From Iphione sp. A-MEVVRFRX5 (Eukaryota), in NCBI GenBank assembly GCA_976226885.1, contig OZ320317.1, positions 3,100,001 through 3,164,000 of the forward strand: DNA of 64,000 nucleotides. Direction: 5' to 3'. The translations under genes and the position numbers were made by a program. Each line of letters begins with the position of its first letter. Within the stretch, counting starts at the first letter, position 1. Positions 23,601 through 36,612 of the stretch are shown one piece after another. The notes under the pieces were generated by a model that made no database searches, was not told where the DNA came from, and saw nothing but the letters and a program-made list of their open reading frames with translations.

Positions 23601-24070
23601 ATTTAAAGGGAGGAGTTATATATAGGTGGAGGTAAGGAGACGAGTGTTAGGTAAGCAGGGTTATATATAGCCAGAGGTAAGGAGCGGAGGGTTAGGTTTG
23701 CTGTCATTAAAGGGAGGAGTTATATATAGGTGGCTGTTATAGGAGGAGGGTTAAGTAGTCAGGGTTAATGGAAGAAGTTATGTATAGGTAGAGGAAAGGA
23801 GAGGAGGTATAGATTGGTTGGGTGGGGGTGAGCGGTTATATGCTGATGGTAGGGAGAGGATTGTTAGGTAGGAGGGGTTAAAGGAAAGAGTTCCATATAG
23901 GCGGTGGTAAGGATAGTCAGGTCAGGCTGCCAGTGTTACAGCTAGGAGTTATATATAGTTGGAAAATAGAAGAGCAAGGTTAGTTAGGTGGGGCTAAATG
24001 GTAGTGTTTTCTTGAGTAATGGGGGTTAAAGGGAGGAGTTATATATAGGTGGAGGTAAGGAGAGGAGTGT
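20700..24070 (+). repeat. Purine-rich minisatellite (~52-bp degenerate monomer) with 171-bp (x3, ~20726-21240) and 104-bp (x13, ~22380-23730) higher-order units
   Basis: AAGTGGAGGAGGG recurs at 20726, 20897 and 21068. AACCAGAGG or a variant recurs every 104 bp from 22421 to 23669. Confidence 0.92.
22076..22250. mobile_element. TA-flanked MITE, 175 bp
   Basis: TIR CCATCGGCCCCCC / GGGGGGCCGATGG with TA on both sides. Confidence 0.8.
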
Positions 24071-24591
24071 GAGAAAGTGGAGTATAGGTATGTAATAGTT
24101 ATACCTGTATTACTCCCCTCCCCTTTAGGAGGAGCCACTATAGACTGTGCAATACACCAGAGGGCAGGACCCAGTTAGCCCTTAGCAACAGTTGCCAAGG
24201 ACTCACTACAGCCAACTTACACTTCCATTCAAACTGCTGCACTGTACACAGAAGGTGAGTGGGAAAGCTGATCCCCAAAGGGTACTTTCTGATTTTCTTT
24301 TTGAGTTAGCAATGAACTGCCAAAAGTGCCTGATGAGGAACAAGGACCCAATTGACGACAAATGTACAAGGGTCCAGCACCACAAACAGTGATCAGGTTT
24401 GGACGCTACTTGGCCCTCACCAGCAGGTGAGTCAAGGGCAACGAACTGGGTTAGTTCGTACTTATTACACCAGGGGGAGGACACTGCAGGGGCCTTATAT
24501 GTCGCGGTAGCGGCGAGCCGCAGGCCACTCACCTGTCGCCCCGCAGTGTTCAAAGTTTAAATCCGCAACCGTTGACGCACTGGTAATCACC

Positions 24592-25497
24592 ATGGCAGAA
24601 GCCCAGCTCTCCGAGCACACAAGATTACTTGAAGATATAGTCAAATGCTTGCAGGCACTAGAGAAAGGGACCAAGAAGAAAGGAACCAAGGGGAAGAAAT
24701 CGGCAGAGGGGGGAGTCGTCACAAGAAGTCAGGGAAAGTCAAACGACCAACCCGAGGACCCCCAGGACCCGGAGACTCCAACTGACGACGAAGAAGTCGA
24801 TGATGAGGAACAAGACCAAGATATCCAACCACCGGATCAGCTCAAGAACAACGCAGCCCCTCACATCCAACAGATTTTGAGCGCCATGTACCCAGATAAA
24901 GCCACGGGTGCAGGTAAGAAGCAGTCAAAGCAAACACCTGCTGTATATGTGCATGTTCCTAAAGGTGAGAAGGCAGAATTGTCTAAGCTGACTTTCCATC
25001 AATATGTGGTAGGATGTATAGCCATGGCTTTAGATAAGGACGTTCCTAAAGCCACCCAGAAGTCTATTCTCACACACTTGAAGGAGGTGGTCGGCGAGAC
25101 AGAGGCACTCGAATGGCTACCTATTTCCCAGTGGGTCACCGAACTCTGAGACGAGGTTAACGCAGGCAGAATAACATGGCAGGACGACCTCAAGATTGAC
25201 AAAATTAAGAGCAAGGCAATCAACGCGTACATCTACTCATCCAAGAAGAAATCGGCCCGCGACGACAAAATACAGGTGGCCTGCCCCACTTGGCAGTCCG
25301 GTAAATGCTCTGAGAAGGAGGAGCACTCACTACACTCAGTCAAGTTGCTTCATTGTTGTGCTTTCTGTCATTTAATGTACAATAAGTCACTGGACCACAA
25401 GATGGACCAGTGTAGGCACAAAAAGAGGCTAGCTCGCTCGGATGCCAAGGATTCAAAAAACTATCAGAGGGACAATTGGAAGCACCAGAGCGAATAG
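24592..25497 (+). pseudogene. Ngaro ORF1 (gag-like) with C-terminal Cys/His finger
   Basis: Track ORFs 24592-25149 and 25276-25497 are in one frame with a single TGA at 25147; CPTWQSGKC..H..HCCAFC..H..DQC. Confidence 0.8.
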
Positions 25498-27327
25498 CAA
25501 ACATACAACCGACTCACGACACCACTAACCCCCCCCATGAACCAAGCGACCCCACTGTCATAAACTCTTTTGCTAATGAAATTTTTCCGTCTAATGCTAA
25601 ACCTGTATCTGTTCCAGCCTTGATATATTCTAGGGTTACGAATTGGCCAAAAATGCTTGCACAATGCCCCGAGCTTGTGAAATTGTATGATTTGGTTGTT
25701 TCTACAGGTGTGCCCAACTACATGGAGGCGAGGGTCCCGCTCGCGTCCACTCTCGATATGCATGAGTGGACGAAGGTCATAGCTGGTGATTCGGTGATTG
25801 ATTGTTTACTGATTAACGGTCTGCAGTACGGTTTTCAGCTCGGCTTTGTTAATACTGAGGTACCTGATATATGGGTTAAAAATTACCAATTGGATAGAGA
25901 ATATGCTCAGCACGTGAGGGCATACATACACGAAGAAATCCGGTTCGACGCAATCCTTGATAGCGGGCCAGACTTGCCTTTTAGCAAATTTGCATGTAGT
26001 CCTATCCTCACACGCCCAAAGAGTAACCCAGCAAAGAGGCGCATTGTTATTGATCTCTCTGCCACCAACGTCAACCAGGGTATACCCGAGCACTACTTGT
26101 ACGATCTAGAGTATCGAATGTCCCTCCCCTCACCACATGATCTGGTTGCAGATATCCGTCTATACAATCAAGATGCATGTATTGCAACGGTTGATATTAG
26201 TTGTGCCTATAGGAACTTCAAGGTTGATCCCCTGGACTGGCCGCTACTAGTGTTTGAATTCGAGGGTTCATACTATGTAGACCGATCCCTCCCATTTGGC
26301 ACAAGGATGTCATCCTTTTATTTGCAGATGATGTCGGAGCGAATCGTGACATACGTGAGAAAGAACTGCCCAGGAATCGTGATGATGGCCTACCTTGATG
26401 ACTACGTGATCGTGGGCGAGCACATATCGGCTACGGAGAGGGCGTACCAGTTCACGAAATGCCTGCTCTATAACTTGGGCCTCAAACTAGCAGAGGACAA
26501 ATGTTCCCCCCCAGGGAAATCAGCAGTCTGGCTAGGGGTGACGATTGATGTTAAAGAAAGGGTTATGTCTATCCCAGTAGATAAGATTGTAAGAGCCCAA
26601 CAAACGGCCGCAGAAATATGCAACAGCTCTCAGCTCACAGTAAAGAAGGTCCAGAGGTTTGTCGGTTTTATAAATTTTGTTGCTAGGTGCTGTATACACG
26701 CTAGGCTGTTTGTGTGCGAGTTGCTCCATCTGTATAGGCTAGCAGTTAAGACTCAGACTACCCATGTGCAAGTCTCACAGAGGCTGGTTGATGACATGAA
26801 ATGGTTCGTTGATGTTATGCCCCAATATAATGGGGTGCAGATCTACCCACAAAGAGTTGTACATGAAAAAAATCTGTGTGGATGCGTGCCCTCAGGGTTT
26901 TGGTGCCTATACGAGTTGCGCCTTCTATGCTCAGGTAAATAGGTACCTCAAAGATGTCACTATATCTAAGTTAGAGGCCATTAACCTCGCCATGTCGGTA
27001 GCAATGTTTGGTGAGAAGTTAAAAGGGAAAACGGTCGAAGTCTGCTCGGACAATATGGCTACAGTCGTAACAATGTCCTCAATGAAGCCCAGGGACCCAG
27101 AGTTAGCAGCCCCTGTCAGGTTTGTGTGGAAGACAGCCATGAGACTTCAGATCGATCTGAAATTCACACATATCCCCGGTGTGCAACTCGTGTTTGCAGA
27201 TGCATTGTCTAGGATGTATTGCTCCAGGAAACACTATGTTATTGCGAAAGATTTTCTGTCTGCAAACAATACCATGAAGAGGGTGTATCCGACAAAGAAG
27301 CTGATGTATGCAATCATTAATTCCTAG
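25476..27327 (+). pseudogene. Ngaro RT-RNase H ORF with one frameshift
   Basis: RRIVIDLS, DISCAYRNF, LPFG, YLDD; then VDAC, LEAIN, SDN, ADALSR. One extra A in the A7 run at 26866-26872 shifts the frame. Confidence 0.92.
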
Positions 27328-27340
27328 GTTCTCTCTACAG

Positions 27341-28278
27341 ATCCAAGGTTAAAACACCTGGCCCGACGGGCGTCAAGAAGGCAGGCTCAGGATGTTACGG
27401 AGGCCTCTCACTCCAGAAGGATATCGCATGTCTCCATGTTCATCACCTTCTGCTATCATTATAAAATCGATATTTATGCCACAACCTATCCAGATATCCT
27501 AGTGTTCCTTGAATACCTTATGGTTCAGAATCTGACCCCCAATGTGATTGCCCAGTACTTGTCGCATGTAAAGATGGCCTTGATGAGGCTACAGCTCCCA
27601 GCTGCTATTGTTGAAAATGTATTTGTCACGGCTGCTATGAAAGGTATAGACAAAACACAGAGCACACTGTTTCAAGAAAATTACCAGTCACACTTATACA
27701 TTTGGCAAGGTTGGTGAAATAGCTCAAATCGATGGGCGTTATTGGTTGTACGCTCACCGCTGTATATACATTCATGTTTTTTCTCTTTGATGCGCCAATC
27801 TAACCTAGCCCCGAGGTCAATCGCCTCCTTTGATCCAGACAAGCAATTGACCCTTGAGGACATTCAAATAAAGAAAGACACGATCAAGGTTAGGGTCAAG
27901 TGGTCGAAAACGATTGACAGAAATAGTAGCAGGTATATTTACCTTCCTCGGACGGGTACTGATGTGTGTCCGCACCGGGCCCTTCGTAGTATGTTGGCTC
28001 TCATTCCGAGGGCCTCTCCAAGGCAGCCTTTGTTTGTGGATCCATGTTCCCTCATGCCATTGACTACTAAGCAACTGGCCGATACATTCTCGCTCCATAG
28101 CTTCCGCAGGGGAGGTGCTGTTGCCCTTCAAAGAGCCGGCACCTCTCTACCACAGATAATGTCACAAGGTACGTGGGTAGCCGCTCCGTCTGTCTTGGTG
28201 TACACAAAGCGTGAGGAAGATTCATTGAAAGCAGCAGGTATCCTTAGGACAGCTGCTCAGGCCTTGCCTGCTGAATGA
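27341..28278 (+). pseudogene. Ngaro tyrosine recombinase ORF (two frameshifts, one stop)
   Basis: LMRQSNL, WSKT, CPHRAL, HSFRRGGA, GTW, VYTK. The frame opens at an acceptor-like TTCTCTCTACAG rather than at an ATG. Confidence 0.9.
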
Positions 28279-31200
28279 TTTTGCCTTGGCCATTTTGATG
28301 TATATATTTAGCTAGTTGTATGTTATATGTATCTGTGTGGACACTATTTCATATGTATTACGATGTCGAGGTCTAGAAATGACCATGTGCTAGGGAAAGC
28401 AATAAACTCTCTGCAATGCCACAACCCCTGTGTCTCGTGTGTGTGTGATAGGCAACGAACTGGGTTAGTTCGTACTTATTACACCAGGGGGAGGACACTG
28501 CAGGGGCCTTATATGTCGCGGTAGCGGCGAGCCGCAGGCCACTCACCTGTCGCCCCGCAGTGTTCAAAGTTTACCACCACCCCTCCCCTACAACTACTCC
28601 CGATATATACGGCCATTTCGATGTATATATTTAGCTAGTTGTATGTTATATGTATCTGTGTGGACACTATTTCATATGTATTACGATGTCGAGGTCTAGA
28701 AATGACCATGTGCTAGGGAAAGCAATAAACTCTCTGCAACGCCACAACCCCTGTGTCTCTTGTGTGTGTGATATACCCCCACTGACTAAGGCAAGCATTC
28801 CACCAAAGAGGAGTACCTGTGTAAGCTATGAAAGGCAGCCCAGGGGCAGCAAAAGGAGCTGGACAAGCTCACAAAGGAAAAAGAAGACCTAACAGGCCAG
28901 GAAATGGCAAAGTTTGAGGCCAAGCTGACCAAACTATGCCTGAGGTGTGAGGAGATCAGATCCCGACCACCAGCGGGTGGCGACGGCCATCCGACCAAGC
29001 ATCCCATGCACAGCAGATGGGACCAGGCCAGGGGGGCAGGACCGGCTGGGGGCAGTGCATCTGGCAGCAGTGAAAGACAGCCGAGCCAAGGTGCCTGTGG
29101 GGGGTCAGTGGACCCACTTGCCACTACCCACCATGGAGAGTGGCAGTCCATAGTGGCCGGGCAGCCGCAACCACAGTGTATGTAACTGCAACCAGAGTGG
29201 TTGCCGAGGCCTCCAGACATGGCAGTATTGACCGTATGTACCGGTTGGGTAGGGTTTATGTCCCAGGAGGACCCAGTCCCACTTCCAGTAATGGTAAATT
29301 CAAAAGAGGAGCCGGACAAGAAGAACCCCACTGGCTGTGGGCAGAGCGACACCTCCCAATGTTTAAGTCAAATGAAGACATACCTTCCTTCTTGAGTTGA
29401 GAAATGCTTTGCAAAGGTGTTAAACATACACTGTTGGGTTGCATATATGCCCTGTGTTTCAGGCACATTCACGCTCACTCCAGGGCTGAGCACAACTCCC
29501 TCTCTGCAGCCAAGGACCAGCAAGTCCTTTTGCCGAAAGTGGGCAGCAGGTTGATGTCAAGAATTATCACCTCACATAATACCTGAGTTATCTGTGTCTC
29601 ATATACGTCCTTTTATCTCTTACTCCACAATAAGGCACAAGATTAACCAATGCAGGTCTTGGAGGTGAGCACAGCAGGCACAGCAGATGCAGGACAAGAT
29701 CCAGTCCAGGACCTGGAGCAACCAGCCACCCCAAGACAAAAGGTCTGCATGCCAGGACAACCAGGAAAGGCAGACACCAAGCTGCCTCCCATCTACCATG
29801 AAGAGGCACCCGATAACATTCTCATTTATGAACTGATCCATAATTCACAGTGTTTTCAAATTTTCAGATCCAGCCAAGGACACATTTCCAAATGCACACA
29901 TATCACATCCTTCGATATGCCCTCACACCCATCCTCAATATATGAGAATGTTAGGGCATCCAGTCTCCCAGATTTCCTCGAGTGTCCCATACCTCTACCC
30001 ACTCAGATAAATCTCAAGGCCTGGTCCAATCTCTTACGCCCATACCCTACCCTATCTCCAATCTTAACAGATTTCCTAACCCTCAGTTTCCCACTCGGAT
30101 ATGTCCTCCCAACAGTTCCAGCATATAACAGGCCCTACCCCCTTCCTGCTAATGACACCCTGCATTTGATCAAATACATATGCACACATTTTGCATGTGG
30201 TGCTATAATAGGACTCCTCCCTGCACACCCATTTCTCTCCTCCTAGGTTCTTAACCCTATTATGACCTGATCCAAGAAAAATACCACTGACAGGCGAATA
30301 ATATTTGACCTCTACCACTCTGGCATCGATTAAGGGATCCTCCGTAACAACTACTTTGGCATCCCCATGAAAGTCCACCTACCTACCCCCTTTGTAGTAG
30401 CAGATCTCATCACATCATCCCCTACCCCCATTTTCAGGGCATCTCTCGACCTGACACAAGCCTATCGCTACTTCATGATCGATCCCTTAGACTGGCTCCT
30501 TCTTCCATTTACTTTTGATTACTCATTATATATGGACTAGGCACTACTATCTGAGACTCGTTTCTCTTCTTTACTCCTACAGCAGCTCTCGAAAATCATT
30601 ACCACTCATATATCATTCCTCTTCCCATCCATCACTGCCTGGGCATATCTTGATGACTTCATCCTATGTTCACCAACACCTCAAGATTTACACAATGCAT
30701 TCTCATCGCTCCAAGTCACAATCTCTCGCCTAGGCTTGCAGCTTTGCCATGACAAATCATCCCATCCCTCATCCTCCATCACACGGTTAGGAGTTAATTT
30801 CAATGCCAAAAACAAGGCCATGGCCATACCCGAGCCAAAAAGTGACAACATTTATCCGAACTCATAGTTTCCTGTATTCCCCTGACCCACATCCCCATTA
30901 AGACAGCCCAGTCATTGATCTGTTCGATCAATCACATGGTTAAATGCAGTCCCCTAGCTAGGTTTTTCATCAATTCCCTTCTTTATGAACTATGCCTAGC
31001 CATCAGACAAGACCACTCAAATCTTACTCTCTCTCCACAGGTCAAAAGGATCTAGCCTGGTATATGGCTGTATTACCTCATTTCAATGGCATCCCTCCCC
31101 AGAAGATATTAGATTCCTTTTTCTGTGATGCATATCCAGAAGGCCTTGGTGGTTACTCCTCCAAGGATTACTGTCACCAACCTGTGCCGTCCCAAATCAC

Positions 31201-33149
31201 CCACCTCCCTGTATCACAACTGAAGGATTTTAATGCTGCCAGGACTATCAATCTATTCACAGGCACCCACAACACCAATTCTAGAATCAACAGTGCAACT
31301 GTCCACAGGCAGGGCCAATGACCCCTTTCTGTCACAAATCCTCCAGGCTATCTGGTACCGAGTAGCAAGGTTCAGCATTCCGATTGTCACGACCCATCGT
31401 CCAGGGGCACAGATGATAATGGCTGATGTCCTAGATACAGTATTTCTCCAAAATATGAGGCCATCGCCAACCAGCACATCCTTAATAGCCCTTCATTGTT
31501 GAGAACATCCCTACCTTCATCACTGGTTGATCACATCCTTTCATTTTAATTTCCAGACCCCAGCTTACAGGCCTGGCATTCATGAGCAGTCAACCTCCCA
31601 TTGCAAGCTGTGACTACTTACAGCCACCAATGTCGACTGTCACAATCAGGCCTCGCCATAGCCTTCTTCCACCACTACGATTTTCCTATCATAAAACTCT
31701 CCACCCATCACATATTAATATTCATCAAATACTTGGTAGACCTTAACTTCTTGCCACAGGTCATTTCCCAATACATTTCATCACTTCGTGTCCTCCTTGA
31801 ACAAGTAGACTTTGATCAGGATGCTATAGAGTCCAAGAAAGTTTCCACTGCCTTAAAAGCTCTGACTTGTACCTCGATTCATACAGGCTCATGTCAGTTA
31901 CCCTTAACTATCCCTATCCTCAAAGGCATTGTTCAATACACCACCCCACTGGGCTCACTTGGTATATGTCTGAAAGCAGTGTTTATCTTCCTCTTCTTTA
32001 CCCTTCTGCAACAGAGCAATATATGTGCCCAAAATACCTCCCAGTTCAACTTGGCCAAGCAACTAACTCAATCTGATGTAGAGTTCACTCCTTAAGGACT
32101 CAATGTAATTATTAAATGGTCCAAGACCATTAAGTCCACCTCACCTGTTTTGTATATGTGTTGATTTATTATTAGCTACATGATATACATACTCTCAGTG
32201 ATGGTTTGTTCATGCCACCCACCCCCCCCAGCGCTATGTCTCACTGTCCACTGTATCTTAATGTGTTTTTTACTGCTGTATTACCATGTGCACATACAGA
32301 TTACCATAGCATGGGTACTCACAATAATGGTATTCAATTGCATCCTCACCTCAATGTATTGTAATTGGTTTCAAGAGACCCAGGCCCTCATATATCTAAA
32401 CTTGGAATGTTTACTGTCATCAGTCTCAAGAGATTTGTCATCCTCTCATAGGATTCTATGGCTGTTTTAATTAATAAATTATTGCCAATATACTCCTGTG
32501 TTTTCTTTGGAATGTGTGCTTTGACAATACACAATAAAAATATTAATATTTATATAAACATACATATATAAATATTAGTGACATGGTAGTATGGCAAAAT
32601 GGTCGGTGATAAGCCAGGTATTACCGGAAATATCTCTGCCTTCTGATATGCATGTGGTCCCCATTTGGGGCCATTTAGAGAGAGATCAGCTTGATTGGGG
32701 TAAAATCAATTTTGGGGGTTTTATTGCCTGTTTGTTGAAACTTTAATGCATGAATATCCGAGGCTCCCCTTGGCATATTTCATGCAGACCAGCATCCAGA
32801 AAAGGCTTTTCTTGAATAGACCCACTTATATTTTGTCCTGGTAGTTGCCTAGCAGACCAGGATGCCCGTTTTGGTGCTATCTTATCAGGCACCATAATGG
32901 ATTTTGATGGGGAAATGGGAATAGGCTACATGTCATTAATTATTGGGAGTGTAGGCCATGGGTACCAGAAATACACGCTACAGGCTGGCACTGTTATTTT
33001 TGTATGAGGAACATCGGATCTAAACAAAGAAGATTCTGTCACTTCTATTTGTATGCAAACTTGTATTTTTATATATAATGTATTTGTACACATAACTTGA
33101 TATTGGATTGAGATTCAATGATGGGTGTTTGTTAAACAGTTAAAAAGTA

Positions 33150-33474
33150 GAGGGTCCAGTTGTCCCATGTGTAAAATGTCCCATCCCCAATGTCCCATTC
33201 CTATGTTCCATTTTGGAAAACCATAGGCAGGACATCTGGACTGAGACCTCAGACCAACTGGACTCAGACCTGGGGACAACCAGACCTGGGAGCAACCAGA
33301 CCTGGACTTTGGGACATGGTGACTTAAAAAAAAACATTGAAAAACCATTGAAAAAATTGGTTGGACAACTGGACTAAGACCTCGGGACAACTGGACCTCA
33401 AAAATTAGATAACTGGTCTAAGTAATCAGGACATTGGGGCTGGGACATTTTACACATGGGACACGTTGACGATC
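33150..33474. mobile_element. TA-flanked MITE with ~45-bp imperfect TIRs
   Basis: TGTCCCATGTGTAAAATGTCCCA(T/G)CCCCAATGTCC is present in inverted orientation at both ends; TA at 33148-33149 and 33475-33476. Confidence 0.75.
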
Positions 33475-36400
33475 TACCCTTTTGTGTGGATTTCGATAGG
33501 GCCCATCATTTTGTATTGATTAGCTTTAGCAGGGTTCTACATGTAAATTTTAATTAGGGGAGACAAATGTGCGACTGGTAGACAATCTTGGGACCATAAG
33601 TATTACATAAAGACAGGTAAAAGCTATCAATTTCATCAAGCTGATTGTACAATTGCCACTAACTTTGATGAACTGAAAATACACGATATGTCTATATAAC
33701 TGATACCTTGTTCATATGTAATAAGAAGTTGTGGTTGCAAACATTTTTCAAATGATTTGTAAGTGTCTTATATGTATAAGACTTATATGTAAGTGTCTTA
33801 TATGTATACTATTCTGTATCTAGTGATACTCCCTAGGCTTAAAATGTTGCCAAATTGGTCATATCTTTACAGCAGCCCCAGCGCTTTCTCCACAAAGGCT
33901 AGAGCAAAGTAGGTCAAGCAAGGTAGTACAACTTACAGAATCATTCTGACCTGGTGACCTATTTATGAGCAATGTACTCGATCAGTGAATTGATAATAGA
34001 GATTTAAATTTCATTTGGAGATGTAGCCTGCATCATATGAAATAATGAGTACATGTTGATTATATTGAAGATAAAAGTCATTTTGTACTTCATTTTAGTC
34101 TGTGTATTCCATTATTGATATGAATATATGCAGCTTTCTGATTAATGTATGTAAACTATTTAGAGCAAATTACAATGTTATACCCTGACATGAATTAAAA
34201 GATGAATGTATAGATGATCACATTCATGGCAGCAGTAAATCCCTTTTTAGCTATCAACCCTCCTATTAATATTGAAAGCTAACATTATTCATTAAATATG
34301 TATATATAAATCCATGCGTCACCTTCTATATCCAAACAAGGCAGCAGACTGAGGAGGAGACCATCAAGGCCTCTTCGGTAAAGTAGGTCTGACACTCTCA
34401 GTTATAAGGGACTTGACACGTTAAAACATGACACTTTTTTCTCTGTAATATTTTGTTGATGCAATCAATTTTGTGATAGATTTCATGAAACATTGTCAGC
34501 TTGTTTAGAAGGTTTATTTGGGAATTTCAGTTATGAGACAATTGAAACTCACTGACTCAATTGCTGATGCTGACATGCTCTAATGAACATGGCAATGTTA
34601 ATATCTAACTGCCTGACTTTTATTCAAACATAGTCATCAGTTGAGAACAAGAAGGAGTGATCTAGAGCAGCCTACAAACTGTGCAATGAAAGGGGATCCG
34701 GTTCAGTGACTTTCTAAAGAGCAACATTGGACCAAGTAGACGGAGGTAAAAGATCACAATCTCACCTTAGCTTATGAATTATTGCCTTTCACAGAGGATA
34801 TATAGGTATCTGCTATTCACACAGATCTGGATCAAGTGAACTGTAAATCATGTTCATGAAGTGACAAGGCATTAACCGGTGTGGTAGGTATTCAGTATAC
34901 ATCAAAGTAGAATGATAAGTTGAGCAGACTATTACCAAGTGAAGGATGACAGAGAGCCTAGCTTTTTATAGAGCAGCATTCAATGATATCCCAGAGTACA
35001 AAAGGAGGCCAAGATATATATGTCTATTGCGACTTTATTCAACAGATTTTCTATTTAACACACTGCAGTTTTCTTCTGGTTTCTTTAGAATGAGTGAAAT
35101 GAATTTTATCATTCTAAAAATATATTGTATACATATGAGAAAATATGACACTAAGAAATAATGCAATAAATATAAAGTATAGCTATGCATACATATTTTT
35201 GTATATTATATAATTAATCATTCTTTGATGAAAATTCAGCTTTCACCAGAAGCCATCGAAAATTAATCTAAACGTAACATTGATAATTATAAACTGTGGA
35301 GCTATAGAATTGAACAAAAATAACAGTTGCTCATTGCATTAGGTTGTGAGTGACTATTTTCCACAAATACTGATTAAAGCTATGTAAATACAATTTAAAG
35401 TAAATTCTGCTTGCGTTGGATTCGTCTTTATTTACTGGGAAAAAGTTAAAAAATCTTCCTTTTTGGTTAGTTCATACGTGGAGGCATTCGAAGTGTTTAC
35501 TAGCTCTGCTTAATTTGGTGGCACTTTATCAATAAACTGTTATATTTATACAATCTGCAATGGAAATTTTTATTCGAGAAAAAATCTAATATGTTATGAT
35601 ACATATCTTATTTTTTTCGTAATGATGAAGCTAAGAAATTAAAAAAAATTGATCTGTCTTCAATGAATTATGTCTTTGTCTGGATGAAAATGCAACATGT
35701 GCTCTTTTTTTATTTGATGACTTCTTTTCAGATGTAAAAGTGTGTTGCCTATATATAACGTTCTAGGTAAATCTCAGTGATATAACTACTAATGTCATAG
35801 CTATGAAGACATCCTCGTACACTAGGCTTGCATCAATAAAGCTGCTTGATATTTCAATGTCAGTGTAAAAGCTTTCACATTTCTACAGAAGAGCATGTAC
35901 ACTATTCATACAAAGGCTTCAGCTATGACAGTTTAACTTGATTTTTAGAGTAACCCATTCACTTATACTAGTAACAATATAGGCTTTACTGAGGCATTAT
36001 GTGAGGCTTAAAGGTTATTGCGTCTCAAAGTGATGTGTCCCCAGCCTGACATTTGAGTTCAGAAATGGTCATGTTTCACTGGAAAATAAGGCCATGATCA
36101 TTGATCCGCTTCATCAGTATTCGGTGTTTCAAAGAAATGGAACAGGATACATTTATTTCCATTGATGTTATATGTGCTGGGTTACGAATATATAGCATAC
36201 TCTTCTGGAGGAGCATAGTGATATGCATAAATCTGCATATCATTAAAGGACAAAAGAACAGGTGGTGATTGGTCCATAGTATCTCCATGCAGTGATCTAA
36301 ATGTGAAGGAGAACAGAACATATTGCTTCACCACTGTCACATCTGTTGTCTGATATTTGGCTATCCTAAACATCAAGATGACCAAGTTCACACGTTGCAC

Positions 36401-36612
36401 TTTAGCTATTGCTATTTACATTCTTTTTCTTCCATGCTATGCTCAAGATATAGTAAGTATCATTATATCAACAAATCTGATGTATTATTTGTTTGAAATG
36501 AAGCCAATTGCTGCATGTACTAGAACTGTGGTGTAAGATTACATCAAGTACTGAAAATGTGGACATGACCACCACACAGTAAATGAAAGACCTTTCTGAA
36601 TTTTTTTGTAAC

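Larger units (their letters stand above)
24437..28773 (+). mobile_element. Near-complete Ngaro-type tyrosine-recombinase retrotransposon, 4337 bp
   Basis: A1 24437-24559 matches A2 28451-28573 (123 bp); B1 28288-28450 matches B2 28611-28773 (163 bp); ORF1, RT/RH and YR lie in order; no TSD. Confidence 0.95.
24085..32135 (+). mobile_element. Older, decayed Ngaro/DIRS-like element, split by the 24437-28773 insertion and 3'-truncated
   Basis: ORF1 start MNCQKC..DPIDDKC (24312); coiled coil at 28840-28960; CRKWAAG*C..HKINQC at 29530-29660. RT RRIIFDL, LDLTQAYRY, AYLDDF (30646-30657); RNase H FCDAYPEGLGG and MADVL; YR 31557-32135 (LLQQSN, WSKT). Confidence 0.8.

Noticed and set aside
20700-24070. 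Telomere-like AGGGTTAGG motifs and a 171-bp unit reminiscent of alpha satellite
   Set aside because: No (TTAGGG)n run is present and there is no sequence resemblance to alpha satellite; the length match is coincidental.
33500-36600. Candidate host exons in the AT-rich stretch
   Set aside because: Only short ORFs and isolated splice-like signals; no consistent gene model or recognisable domain.
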